DNA of 64,000 nucleotides, taken from NCBI RefSeq assembly GCF_963921235.1, contig NC_086097.1:50532001-50596000 (forward strand), given 5' to 3'. Made by a program: the position numbers and the translations under genes. This document shows, one piece after another, positions 1 through 11,989 of the stretch. Numbering within the stretch: position 1 is the first letter of the stretch; each line of letters starts with the position of its first letter. The DNA comes from Mobula hypostoma. Its lineage: Eukaryota. The notes under the pieces are model-generated. The model made no database searches and was not told where the DNA came from. It saw only the letters and a program-made list of their open reading frames with translations.

Positions 1-193
1 GAGGAAATTAATAGTCAATGTTTCAGGCCAAACCCCCGCATCAGGATCAGGGTTTCAACCCAAAACATCAACAATTCCTTTCCTTTCACAGATGCTGGGT
101 GATCTGCTGATTTTTTCCAGCAGATTGCTTGTTGTGCACAATTATTCCTGGCAAGATGTTCACTCAAAACATTCTAGATTTCCACTCACTTAC

Positions 194-469
194 CTGCATA
201 TGACATGCCCTTGATGTTGTCGTCTACATTCTGCGACACGACTGGCTTTCCATTCATGAGATGCTTCATGGACCATGGTGAAGCAATATTCAGATTAGAT
301 TTGGCAAGTGCCAGACAATGAACATGTAGTTTTGAAGAATTTAATCATCCACCTTAAACATTCAATGGGATTACTTTTGCCAGGTCCCTCTACCAGGAAG
401 TCTCTGACCATAAACTCAGCTGGATCTGCCACATAAGTATCTCCTTGGTTGAACAAGAGACTGCTAATG
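194..469 (-). pseudogene. GREB1-like pseudo-exon, C-terminal domain
   Basis: tttcag acceptor, CAG|GTAAGT donor. Translates TYVADPAEFMVRDFLVEGPGKSNPI/(frameshift)LHVHCLALAKSNLNI...MSYA(G), compare GREB1 TFLAAPAQLLLEKFL...FFPL...LSVDCYLNLGSQISV...LLFSG. Confidence 0.6.
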
Positions 470-2039
470 CTGAAATTTAGAGCAAAAAAAAACAAGCTGC
501 TGGGTACAGTGCAATGAAATACTCTTCACTGGTCTGGTCAAGCACAGCTAACCATACTCAAAAATCTCAACACTATCAACAAAGCGGGCTGCTTTTTGGT
601 AACCCAACCACCAATCTAAACATGAATGTGTCGCATGGGAATAAACGGGGAGAACAAATCTGATAGCAATGCTCTGTCAAGAAATGGCATGGACCTGATG
701 GATGAAAAGACTTCCTCTGTCTCATTGAGTAACAAAGTTATTTACCTTGGCTGCACAAGAGACTATAGCTGATGTAATCTGAAGCAAAAAAAAAAAAATC
801 CAAGCTGCTGGAAGAGCTTAGCAGCTCAGGCAGCACCTGTGGAAGTAAAGGGATAGTTAATTGTTTGGGTTGAGGCCCTGCATCAGGACTCAACCCAGTT
901 CTGATGGTCATGATCCAAAACGTCAACTATCCCTCTGACCGCCTGGTCCTCTGAGTCCCTCCAGAAGCTTGTGTTATTGATTTATCTTGGCTCTTCTGAC
1001 AGCACCATCTAAACCGATGATCTCCGGCACCCAGAGTAATGCACATGCAAACACTACCAACTACAGGTTCTCCTCCTGACAAGGAAATTTATTGACCTTC
1101 CTAACAGCTGGGACCGGGACCTAGAACTCTCTCCCCAATGCTATTGTGGGAATCCCTTCACCAGAAGGACTGGATTGGGTCAAGGATGGGGAAGACCATC
1201 ATGTTCTTGAGGAGAATCAGGAAATGACAATAAATTCTGTCATTTGCAGTGATGACCACATCATCAGGAACGAAGAAAACCAGATGTCACCATCCTTCAC
1301 CTACCTGTGTAGGTCCCTCCCGCCTTCCCTCACAGCTGCTCTCAGAGAGAATTCATCAGAAACCAGCTCAGGAGTTGTCCTTTCACTCCTTAGAACCTGA
1401 CTGATACGTAGCCTCATGCAAACCAATTGTGATCCGGATCTTAACCATCAGGACTGGGTTGAGTCTGGATACAGGATCTCAACCTGAAATGTCAACTGTC
1501 CCTTTACCTCCAAGGATGCTGTCTAACCCACTGAGATCCCCCAGCAGCTTGTTTTTGCTTTTTGCTCCAGATTCCAACATCTGCAGTCATTTGTTCAGCC
1601 AAGGTGAAGCCAAATCACCTAGCTTTCTTCAATAATCCTCCAAACCATCACTATTGGCCCCTTCAACGAAGATATATAGCTCACTCCAGTTCAGCTTTGG
1701 AAAATGCATTTGTCCCAGTATCCTCAAGCTCATTGTGAGTAAATGCCTTCCCTGATTAACCTAGATGTCATTTTAAGATCAAGTACAATTGTTGTGGATC
1801 CCCCAATCAGAAGAAATAGCTTCTGTCTACGTACTCCATTGTATCACTTTATCTCAGTAGTCCACTTTAACTTCAAAGGAATATAATTGAGCTTTTATAA
1901 TATACCCTGATACTTAGAATCAAATAATTCTTCTTCTAAATCCTAGGAAGTGCACTTGGAGCTTATATAGCAAAGTTATTAAAGTAGCGACTTGCTTAAG
2001 CACAGGGGAGAATAGTTCCCAATGACAGAAATCACTTAC

Positions 2040-2246
2040 ATGCATCTTGTCTAAAGTTGAAATGTCAATCAGGCATGGCAGACCACAGGCTTTAGACACA
2101 ATACCTGCCCACGCGTATCACCCACTATTATTTGGGGCAACATCTGGTTGAAAGGTATCCTTCTCTGAAAACCTGCGCTCTGTTCCTGTGTGTGAACTTG
2201 CCTAACAAGGAGAGTATGCCAAAAATGGAAGTTTTCCTTCAGTAAT
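2040..2246 (-). pseudogene. GREB1-like pseudo-exon carrying the Walker-A-like motif
   Basis: cttgtag acceptor, GTAAGT donor. Translates LLKENFHFWHTLLVRQVH...FQRRIPFNQMLPQIIVGDTRGQVLCL, compare GREB1L QSLYYRQWTLARQHH...[23 protein letters not shown]. Confidence 0.7.
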
Positions 2247-2869
2247 CTACAAGTTTTGGTGTTACATTCATATTCTAGGCCCTCCATTGGCCGAGGTCGA
2301 CCATGGATGTTGTGTCCTAGATGTCTGCATGATATGCAAACGAGGGCAGTACAATATAGGGAGCATGGTGTTGCCCATGCAGTAGGCTCCCCCTTTCCAT
2401 GCAGCTGATGAATCCAAAGGAACAGTTGAGACCAATAAAGACTGGCATTAGCAGTGTCGCAGGTATTGCCAGTCAACATTGAACTCGACGTAGGATTGCC
2501 TTAGGGACTCCAGCTCCGGACTTTTCCTCGGAGTTTATTGCCGAAGCCTTCCCCATGAGTGGGTATAGCCACAAGGCAGCAGAGGTTTGAGATCAGAGTT
2601 TCCCTCCTCCAAGATGAGCTGCCAACCACGGCTGACGAGCCCCATCTGCCTGAAGCGACTGGTTTTAAGGCACCAGTAACCCACCTTTACCCCTTTTCCT
2701 GTCAGTAGAAAAATGAAGGCCAGAGCTGGACTTGGTTGTCAGAGGCAACTTGAAATGCATGCCATTTAGACCATTTAATACATAGTGGGAGTTTATCCCC
2801 AATACCTACCCTGGCTATAACAACCTTTTCAATCTCCATAGCTAAACTTCCAACACAGCAATAGAAAAC

Positions 2870-3580
2870 AGAATTGTATAAGGTTCCCTCCGTCCTTACC
2901 TACCAACCCACAAGCCTCTGTATCCTCTACTTTGGAAACCTGACATAGATTTGGGGGACTGTTTCATTGAGCACCTACACTCCATCTGTCACAAAAGGCA
3001 GCATATCTTGGTGGCCACCCATTTCTATTTGACTTCTCATTCCCATGCTGACATGTCTGTCTATGGCCTCCACTTCTGCCATGATAAGGCCATACTCAGG
3101 ATGGAGGAGCAATACCTGTTATTGCCCTCTGGTAGACTTCTACCTGATGGCATAAACATGGATTTATCTAACTTTCAGTAACCTCTCTCCTTCCCCCTTC
3201 TCTCTTTTTCCATTCCTCGATTCTAATTCCCCTCTCACTCCTTCTACCCTCACCTGCCCACCTCCTTTGGTTTTCCTCCTCGTTCCCTTTCTTCCATGGT
3301 GCCTGATCCTCCCCTATCAGATTCCTTTTTTTCAGTCCTTTATCTCTTCCAGCTTCGTATTTCATATCCCTCCCCGACCTATCTACCTTCCCCTCACCTG
3401 GCTTCACGTATCACCTGCCAGCTTGTGCTCTTCCCCTCAATCCCACCGTTTTATTCTTGCCCCTTCCAGCTCCCCCCTTCCTTTACTGTTCTGGTGAAGA
3501 GTTTTGGCTGGAAAAGTTGACTCTTCTCCATAGATGTGGTTGACTTCCTGAGTTCCTCTAGCATTTCATGTGCGTTGCAC
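2870..3580 (+). mobile_element. Penelope-like 3' fragment (GIY-YIG end plus 3' UTR)
   Basis: ORF LGDCFIEHLHSI...VATHF...MEEQYL...PDGINMDLSNFQ is homologous to the C-terminus of the 46896-48935 ORF. Confidence 0.85.
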
Positions 3581-4037
3581 AGAATGGGATAGTGTTCATT
3601 AGGTTATGGCCATAATTGTGAAAGTCACCTGCAATCAAAGTGGATTTCCCCATTATGACATTTTCACAGTTCTGATGAAAGGTCATTGACATGGAATATT
3701 AATTTTATGTTACTTTTTAAAAATGCATCAATAATGCAACAATTAGGATATTACACACCTACTGTAAAGTATCTCTCGAAGGCCACCAATTTCATTTAAG
3801 GAGGAAATCAAATTTGTGGCTTTACAGTCATGGACTCTAGTGCTTATTCTCAGCAAGGTTTCAACACAACAGTTTCTGTTCCTTCAGAGTTTCTAATAGA
3901 TGATTGCCATTAAGGGAAAGTTACACTTCTCCACCCCAATCCTCACTATTAATTTCCATCCTAGTACACAGGAGAAGAAAAGAATCATCTCTCACCACTC
4001 ATGGAATTTTTTATTGTGCCAGGCACACTGAACCCAC

Positions 4038-4126
4038 CCCCACAAGTGAAACATTCAGCTGGGCTTCAAATGACATACAGACCAGAAAGAACTATAATGA
4101 CACCAGACAAAAATTTTTCATCTGGT
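4038..4126 (-). pseudogene. GREB1-like pseudo-exon
   Basis: Acceptor tttccgcag, donor GTGGGT. Translates PDEKFLSGVIIVLSGLYVI*SP, compare GREB1L-type IVILSKAAYSLL. Confidence 0.45.
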
Positions 4127-4199
4127 CTGCGGAAAGATTCAAAATTAAAGGGAAAATATTCATGAATAAGCAGTTCTTGGGTACAGGTATCTATTTTAA

Positions 4200-4980
4200 C
4201 TGCCATTTCAATGACAAACTCTGGCATCTTCATCAGGGATGATGCCTGGGTGTGTCTAATCCAGTGGTATATATATCTCCATCGTCAGTCCCTCCTAATT
4301 GGTTAATCCTCAGCCAATCAGATTTCCACTGTCCCACCTTGTTTACAATCGAATTCCAGTTCTTACTTAGAGCGAGACCTTCATCTTTGTTAAAGTTCTT
4401 TTCCTCTAGTTTTACTTCAATGGCTTCCTTTACCAGGCAGTACCAAAAGCCATTGGCATGGCACAGTAGTTTTGTGCCACCAAAGTCAATCTTATGTCCA
4501 CTGTGAATGCAATGTTCTGCTATAGCCGATTTCTCCGGGTAACCCAAACAGATATACCTCCTTTGCTCCTTGATGCGGGTTTCACTGTGCATCCTGCCTG
4601 GTCGAATCCTGTAATTGCCAGCCGTCCTGAGGCCCAGGTCATATTTGACCCGCGTGAGCTATAATTTGAGTTTATAGGCTTGTGGCTGGTATTCTTCAGG
4701 ATCCTGGTGATCCTTCCAGAAACCGTGGAAATAGAGGGAAGACAGGTAGGTATGTTGGGAGTTGTGATGGTGGATACTCATTGTTAGGGTTCCTGGTTTT
4801 ACCATCAGCCCTTTTAAGGGCCCAGTTGATTTTCTTCGCCTTGTAGCCATTCTGTAGGACCATCATGCATAATTGTCATACTTCCTCGTGGAGACTGTCT
4901 GGGTCCACAATAGTTTTCGCACAGTTAATCAAAGCAGAAGGAACTGCTCTATGTTGGAGGTGTGATGGTGGCTGTTATAT
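4200..4980 (-). mobile_element. Second, distinct Penelope-like family fragment
   Basis: TRIKE...SAIAEHCIHSGHKIDF...LVKEAIE...NFNKDEG is a GIY-YIG C-terminus; a degenerate CTGATGA...GAAA motif lies at ~4205-4236. Confidence 0.8.
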
Positions 4981-5443
4981 TTTAAATATTTAAAATATAA
5001 GAGGCTTAAGTTCATAATTGATCTTCCAGTAATAATTACGCACATTTTAACCATAGTTCAGCTAAGCTTAGCTTACGGAAGTCTTTTCCCCAAAGGTATA
5101 AGATTCTAAAATTTCAAAATGACAAACCTTAATTAAAGTTTACCCTCATTCACTTTGATTAAGGCCCCATGGCCAAGGAAGCTCACCAACGTCTCTACTT
5201 TCTTAGGAGGCTAAAGAAATTTGGCACGTCCCTGTCAACTCTTATTTTATCAATGCACCATAGAAAGCTTCCTCTCTGGATGCATAATGGCTCGATATGA
5301 CACAACTCAACACAGCACAGGAAACAGCCTCCCCTCTATGGACTCTGTTTTTACTTCCTGATGCCTCGGAAAAGTAGCCAGCATAATCAAAGATCCTACT
5401 CACCCCACGTCAACCAGGCACACTGTTATAAGACTATTGAATA

Positions 5444-6245
5444 CAGTGGATTTCAGTTAATTGGGACATATTGGAGTACATTTTGACCCAATTAAGTGGC
5501 TGTCCCAAGTAACCAAAGTTTCACAGGAATAGTTAAAAACGTATAGAAAAGACAAACTGAGTAACAACTTATGTAATTAGATGAAATACAGAACAAGTTA
5601 GAACACTACCAATGGTACTACAGTACTATAAAACTGTGTATTAGCTCCTGATAGTTATTAATGGAGGAATTCATCCAGTGTACACAATGAACAAAATTAG
5701 TGCAGACACTTACTGTAGATAATGGACTGCCTTCATATAATCTTATTGAGAGTTGCAAGTTCCAATTCTTCATTTTAATTGCAGCATTCGAAATGATTTA
5801 TAGATACCTTCAAATTCCTTGTAGTTCTTTACTTGTCGAAGTAGTAAAATAGTTTCATTTTCACTCCCACCTGTATCTGGCATCTCCAAGCCTGAATGAT
5901 TGAAACGACAGTGAGCAAAACTGTTTAGAATTGTCTTACTGCTTATTTCTTGCCAACTGTTAGCAACAAAAATCACTGCATTTTTAACTCAAAGACACAC
6001 AACAGATGCTATTTAAAAACTGTTTGCACTAAGCATGGTGTAGCATCTAACGGCCACACAGGCACGTGTGACAGTTGCTAGTTAGAACCCGTTCAGCAAG
6101 GCTCCTGCCCCAATTAAGCTGCATAGTGCCCCAAATAAATGAAGGGAATGCGGTTATTTTCTCAATTAGTATTTGTTCTTTAAAAGTTGTCCCAAAAAAA
6201 GTGGCTGTCCCAATTAACCGACAGTCAAATTAACTGGAATCCATG
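5444..6245 (-). mobile_element. Tigger/pogo-family DNA transposon, internally deleted
   Basis: TA then CAGTGGATTTCAGTTAATTGG at the left and AATTAACTGGAATCCA at the right as inverted ends; peptide FVANSWQEISSKTILNSFAHCRF resembles the Tigger DDE C-terminus. Confidence 0.8.
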
Positions 6246-6519
6246 GTTTTTCTCTACGACAATAAGATGAAACCTTGACCTCACAGTCTACCTCATTGCG
6301 GTCTTGCACCTTATTGTCTATCTGCACCACACTTGCTCAGTAGCTGTTACACTTTATTGTGCATCTGCTGCCATCAGGTAGAAGGTACAAGAGCCTCAGG
6401 GCTCACACCACCAGGTTCAAGATAGTTACTACCCCTCAACCATCAGGCTCTTGAATAAAAGGGGATAATTACACTCACTTGCCCCATTATTGTAATGTGC
6501 CCACAACCAATGATCTCAT

Positions 6520-6707
6520 TTGTTTCATTAAGCAATCTTGTTCATTTCAATAATTCATTACGGGTTATATGCATAAATATGTGAATTGCACACGTCATCA
6601 CGACTAGCAGTGCCACTTCTTCAAGTAAACCTGAAGGTAGACCCACATTTCGAACTCCCAGCTCTTCCTTTGAATTAGTTTAATATTTCAAAGTTGCAAA
6701 ACATAAC
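6520..6707 (+). mobile_element. Solo LTR fragment related to the Gypsy LTR at 31282-31810
   Basis: Shares TAATTCATTAYGGGTTATAT, CCCAGCTC and the ACATAACA end. Confidence 0.65.
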
Positions 6708-6859
6708 ATTAAACATTAATTCTGTTTCTCAGATCAGATGCCACCTAACCCTTTGGGTATTTACAGCATTTTAGTTTCCAGATTTGCAGTTTACATCTAG
6801 ATGGTTAGGGAGATAGGGATTGCATTGCTAAAGAAGTGTGCATCCTGACAATTATTTAC

Positions 6860-7075
6860 TAAAAGCTTAGAACAGTGAATTTAAAAATTGACGCAGTGTT
6901 TTTAAATGTTTCACAGAAAACTGCATCTTTGTTGTGGCTACAATTATAGACATCAGCAGCTGTCTTGCCCGATACCAACATACAAATTCTTGACCCGAGG
7001 CTCGAAATAGTATTTGCAGTAGATGTAGGGATATCATGTCTCTTCTGCCATTTACATGTTATTCTCACACCAAAG
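6860..7075 (-). pseudogene. Candidate GREB1-like pseudo-exon
   Basis: Acceptor tttatgtacag in unique sequence at a colinear position; weak similarity to the WQK..D...T...L....CIL.FSG / GESLPRSLRYCDLR region. Reading frame ambiguous. Confidence 0.35.
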
Positions 7076-7109
7076 CTGTACATAAATAAAAAGTTAAGTC
7101 TTTTAAAAT

Positions 7110-7435
7110 GAATAGAGGTGTATAAGATGATGAGAGGCATTGATCGTGTGGATAGTCAGAGGCTTTTTCCCAGGGCTGAAATGGTACAGAGGAGATATCA
7201 GGGGTAGGTATTTTACGCAGAGAGTGGTGAGTGTGTGGAATGGGCTGCCGGCGATGGTGGTGGAGGCGGATATGATAGGGTCTTTTAAGAGACTTTTGGA
7301 TAGGTACATGGAGCTTAGAAAAATAAAGGGCTATGGGAAAGTCTAGTAATTTCTAAGGTAGGGACATGTTCGGCACAACTTTGTGGGCCAAAGGGCCTGT
7401 ATTCTGCTGTAGGTTTTCTATGTTTCTAAGTTTCT
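7110..7435 (+). mobile_element. CR1 LINE 3' end
   Basis: FTQRVVSVWNGLP...FKRLLDRYM followed by a TTCTATG-type tail. Confidence 0.9.
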
Positions 7436-7439
7436 ATTG

Positions 7440-7685
7440 GGGCATTGGTGTTTAGAGTCCAATTCCAAAGCCACCTGTAAGAATGTTGTATGTCCTTCCT
7501 GTGAGTGCATGGGTTTCCTCCAAATGCTCTGGGTTCTTCCCACAGTCCAAAGATGTACTGGCTAGTAGGTTAATTGGTCAGTGTAAATTGTCTCGTGATT
7601 AGACTAGGGTTAACTTAGTGTGTTGCTGGGCAGTGTGGCTTGTTGGGCCGGATGGGTCTGTTCCGCACCGTATCTCTAAATAAAT
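7440..7685 (+). mobile_element. V-SINE/HE1-like SINE (further copies ~10805-11040 and ~55160-55290)
   Basis: Core GGGTTTCCTCC...CCCACAGTCCAAAGA...GGTTAATTGGTC and an AATAAAT tail. Confidence 0.7.
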
Positions 7686-7737
7686 ATGACCAAACGTCAA
7701 AGGATTCCTATTTCAAAAAAAATCCAATATCTCTCAC

Positions 7738-7953
7738 CCCACAGTGCATGTTTCAGTTTTTACTCTTAATGTCAGGGGCATGCGCTCATAAGAACATAAA
7801 TTAAATAATATGTAGTTTTCCATTATTCCTCCAAGATGTAGTTAAACAGATTCTCTACTGTTGCTCCTTTCTCTACTGCAAATAATCACAAGTCACTAAT
7901 ATCGGAGAGCAATAGCCTCATCTTCTGGCTTTAAAACGGTTAAAAATAGAGAT
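7738..7953 (-). pseudogene. GREB1-like pseudo-exon
   Basis: tttag acceptor, GTGAGA donor. Translates AIALRY**LVII/(frameshift)AVEKGATVENLFNYILEE*W, compare GREB1 LALEEHFEIILGSPSSGVTVGKHFVKQLRMW. Confidence 0.55.
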
Positions 7954-8020
7954 CTAAACTTGGATCAGTGATGAGCTTAGCAAGTTTTTAGCCGTTAGTC
8001 AGAATCAAGCTATTACTTAC

Positions 8021-8193
8021 TTAAAAGTTATTTCTGAATGCCCCTAAAGATTAATATTCTTATGGGCATTTCAGTTAACCCCTCATCGGTAGGGGCAATA
8101 ACCACATGTTCTCACAATTCCAAAGTTTAGGATAGATTTGGAAGTGGTCTTATTGTCACTCTATTTCCATCTAGAAACCACAATTCAGGTGTG
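8021..8193 (-). pseudogene. GREB1-like pseudo-exon
   Basis: Donor GTAAGT. Translates ...PNLS*TLEL*EHVVIAPTDEGLTEMPIRILIFRG, compare GREB1 YTSVETLEITQNLLNSP...LMVLLRVP. Confidence 0.45.
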
Positions 8194-8249
8194 CTGGAGA
8201 TATTGTTAAATGGCACAATGCATTTTATGCATGCTTTCAAAGGGAGAAT

Positions 8250-9760
8250 GAAACTACACCTGTGCAAATCCCTACAGCATCTGGTGATCCTGTGATCTCT
8301 GTCTTGGAGGCCAACATCAGAGCATCTTTCAAGAGTGTGCACCCTCACAGGGCTTGATGCTCGACCTGGCAACGCTCTGAAAGCCTGTGCCAACCAAATG
8401 GCAGGAGTGTTCAAGGACATATTCAATTTCTCATTGCTGTGGTTCGAAGTTCCCACATGCTTCAAAAAGCTGGCAATCATACCTGTGCCCAAGAGCAGGG
8501 TGAGCTGCCTCAACAACTATCCTCCAGTGACACTCACATCTACTGTGATGAAGGGCTTTGAAAGGTTGCTCATTGCCAGAATCAACTCCTGTCTAAGCAA
8601 GGACCTGGCCCACTCCAATTTGCCTGTCGCCACAATAGGTCTACAGCAGATGCAATCTTGCCAGCGTTCCACTTGTGGCCATGAATCAGCTGGGCAATAG
8701 CAATACCTACATCAGGCTGCTGTTTGTTGATTACAATCATATTCTCAGTTCTAATCAGCAAGCTCCAAAACCTGGGCTTCTGTACCTCCCTCTGCAACTA
8801 AATCATTGACTTCCTCACCAAGAAACCACAGTCTGTGCAGATTGGAAATAACATCTCCTCCTCACTAACTATCAACACTGGTGCACCTCAAGGATGCGTG
8901 CTTAGCCCACTGCTCGACCCTGTCTACACCCACGACAGTGTGGCCAGACACAGCTCAAATGCCATCTATAAATTTGTCAATGACACAACTACTGTTGGCG
9001 GAATTTCAGATGCTGAAGAGGAGGCAGACAGGAGTAAGATCAATCAGCTTGTTGAGTGGTGTCGCAGCAACAACCTCGCACTCAACGTTAGTAAGACCTA
9101 GGAATTGACTGTGGACTTCAGGAAGGGGAAGTTGAGGGAACACACACCAATCCTCATTAAGTGATTAGAAGTGGAAAGGGTGAGCAGTTTCAAGTTCCTG
9201 GGTATTAACATCTCTGAATATTTATCCTGGGCCCAACATACTGATGTAATTACAAAGAAGGCACGACAGCAGCTATATTTCATTAGGAGCTTGAGGAGAA
9301 TTAGTATGCACAAAAGACACTCGCAGATTTCTACAGATGTACTGTGCAGCGCCTTCTAACTGGTTTTATCACAGCCTGATATGGAGGGGCCACTGCACAG
9401 GATCAAAAAAAGGCAGCAGATATTTGTAAACTCTGCCAGCTCCTTCATGGGCACTAACCTCCCCAGTATCCAAGATGCTTTCAAAAGGCGATGCGTCAAA
9501 AAGGCAGCGTTGATCATTAAGGACCCCATCACCCAGAACATGCCTTCTCATTGTCGCCATCGAGGAGGAGGTACAGAAGCCTGAAGGCACACACTCCCTG
9601 TGTCAGGAACGGCTTCTTTTCCTTCGCTATCAGATTTCTGAAAGGACATTGAACCCATGAACACTACCTCCGTATTTTATTCTCCTTTCTTTTTGCACCT
9701 ACTTAATTAATTTAATTTTATATGTTAGTGATATTAAACCTGGTTCTGATTACCTTTTCC
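8250..9760 (+). mobile_element. Rex1/Babar-type LINE, decayed RT
   Basis: [51 protein letters not shown]. Confidence 0.9.
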
Positions 9761-9919
9761 CTTAAACTACTGAAGAGATTACTAAATTCATGCATTTTAT
9801 CCTCTCTGATGCTAAATTTAAATGAGTCCTACTAACTAATATGAATTAATATGCTCATTTACACCTTGGACTGCACCCACGCATTGGAAAATATAAAACA
9901 AAAATATGTGTGTTTCTTA

Positions 9920-10345
9920 CTCATTCGTAAGGCCAGTGATGTTGTGGGGATGGAACTGGTGTCTCTGACGGTGGTGTCTGAAAAGAAGATGCTGTCCAAG
10001 TTGCATGCCATCTTGGTCAATGTCTCCCATCCACTACATAATGTACTGGGTGAGCACAGGAGTACATTCAGTCAGAGACTCATTCCACCGAGATGCAGCA
10101 CAGAGCGTCATAGGAAGTCATTCCTGCCTGTGGCCATCAAACTTTACAACTCCTCCATTGGAGGGTCAGACACCCTGAGCCAATAGGCTGGTCCTGGACT
10201 TATTTCATAATTTACTGGCATAATTTACATATTACTATTTAACTATTTATGGTTCTATTACTATTTATTATTTATGGTGCAACTGTAACGAAAACCAATT
10301 TCCCCCGGGATCAATAAAGTATGATTACTACTACTACTGCTGCTA
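9920..10345 (+). mobile_element. Rex1/Babar-type LINE 3' end
   Basis: SHPLH...QRLIPPRCSTERHRKSFLPVAIKLYN, then CAATAAAGT and a (TAC)n tail. Confidence 0.85.
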
Positions 10346-11085
10346 TCTGCTGAGAACAAGTTAAAATTACCCCTCAAGCAGCATGGCCATGATCTCTTCT
10401 CACATGCTGATTTTTAGACTCTTATTCTGAATGTCCGTGGAAAACTGGAAAAATGTGCAGATCAGGATCCACAATATCAGAGGCACCAAAGTACAAATTT
10501 TTCTCTTATTTTTGATGTGCAAAAAGCAAGCCCTCCCCCAAAAGAAAGTTCAAGTCTGTTCTAATTAAAGCTAAGCAATTTGAAACTCTATTTCTCTCCT
10601 CACAGATGCTGTTGGACTTGCTGAGCATTTATAGATTTTGTGTTTTATTTAGAAAAAAATTACTTTCTTTTGTGTTTGTACCATGCCAGTCTTTGTCTGT
10701 CACATAGCCTAGTGGTGTAGATTATTCCTTATTTTGTATTACTGACAGCTAGCTGCTGCTTCCACACGTAAGGAGTAGGACACTGACTAATTCACTAAAA
10801 AGCTAGCAGTTAGCACAATGCTTTATAGTACAGGTGACCCGGGTACAATTCACACCGCTGCCTGAAAGGAGTTTGTACGTTCTCCTCGTGACCATGTGGG
10901 TTTCTGGTTTCCTACCAGAGTCTAAGGACCTACTAGTTGTTAAGTTAGTTGGTCATTGGAAATTGTACTGTGATTATATTGGGGGTTTGCTGGGTGGGGT
11001 GGCTTGAAAGGCCTACTCCACACTGTATCTCAATAAATTAACAACTCTACGGACATACTGTAGGCAGATTGATACCTCCTAAATA

Positions 11086-11988
11086 TGATACTAAGATAGG
11101 TAGAGCTGTGGATAATGAAGTAGGTTTTCAAAGCTTGCAGAGAGATTTAGGCCAGTTAGAAGAGTGGGCTGAAAGATGGCAGATGGAGTTTAATGCTGAT
11201 AAATGTGAGGTGCTACATTTTGGTAGGACTAATCAAAATAGGACATGATAAATGGGAGAGCATTGAAGAATGCAGTAGAACAGAGGGATCTAGGAATAAT
11301 AGTGCATAGTTCCCTGAAGGTGGAATCTCACGTGGATAGGGTGGTGAAGAAAGCTTTTGGTATGCTGGCCTTTATAAATCAGAGCATTGAGTATAGGAGT
11401 TGGGATGTAATGTTGAAATTGTACAAGGTATTGGTAACGCCAAATTTGGAGTATTGTGTACAGTTCTGGTTACCGAATTATGGGAAAGATGTCAACAAAA
11501 TTGAGAGAGTACAGAGAAGATTTACTAGAATGTTACCTGGGTTTCATCTCCTAACTTACAGAGAAAGGTTAAACAAGTTGGGTCTTTATTCTTTGGAGCG
11601 TAGAGGGTTGAGGGGGGACTTGATAGAGGTATTTAAAATTATGAGGGAGATATATAGAGTTGACGTGGATAGACTTTTTTCATTGAGAGTGGGGGAGATT
11701 CAAACAAGAGGACATAAATTGAGAGTTAAAGGGCAAAAGTTTAGGGGTAACATGAGGGGGAACTTCTTTACTCAGAGAGTGGTGGCTGTGTGGAACGAGC
11801 TTCCAGCAGAAGTGGTTGAGGCAGGTTCGATGTTGTCGTTTAAAGTTAAATTGGATATATATATGGACAGGAAAGGAATGGAGGGTTATGGGCTGAGTGC
11901 AGGTCGGTGGGACTAGGTGAGAGTAAGAGTTTGGCACAGAGATGGCCTGTTTGCGTGCTGTAATTGTTATATGGTTATATGGTTATAT
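11086..11988 (+). mobile_element. CR1 LINE, 5'-truncated
   Basis: ORF 11245-11916 (RDLG, LEYCVQFW, RRGLRGDLIEVFKI, FFTQRVV); (TTATATGG)n tail. Confidence 0.95.
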
Positions 11989-11989
11989 A

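Noticed and set aside
3904..4242. 112-aa plus-strand ORF
   Set aside because: No recognisable homology; it is antisense to a pseudo-exon and runs into a Penelope end.
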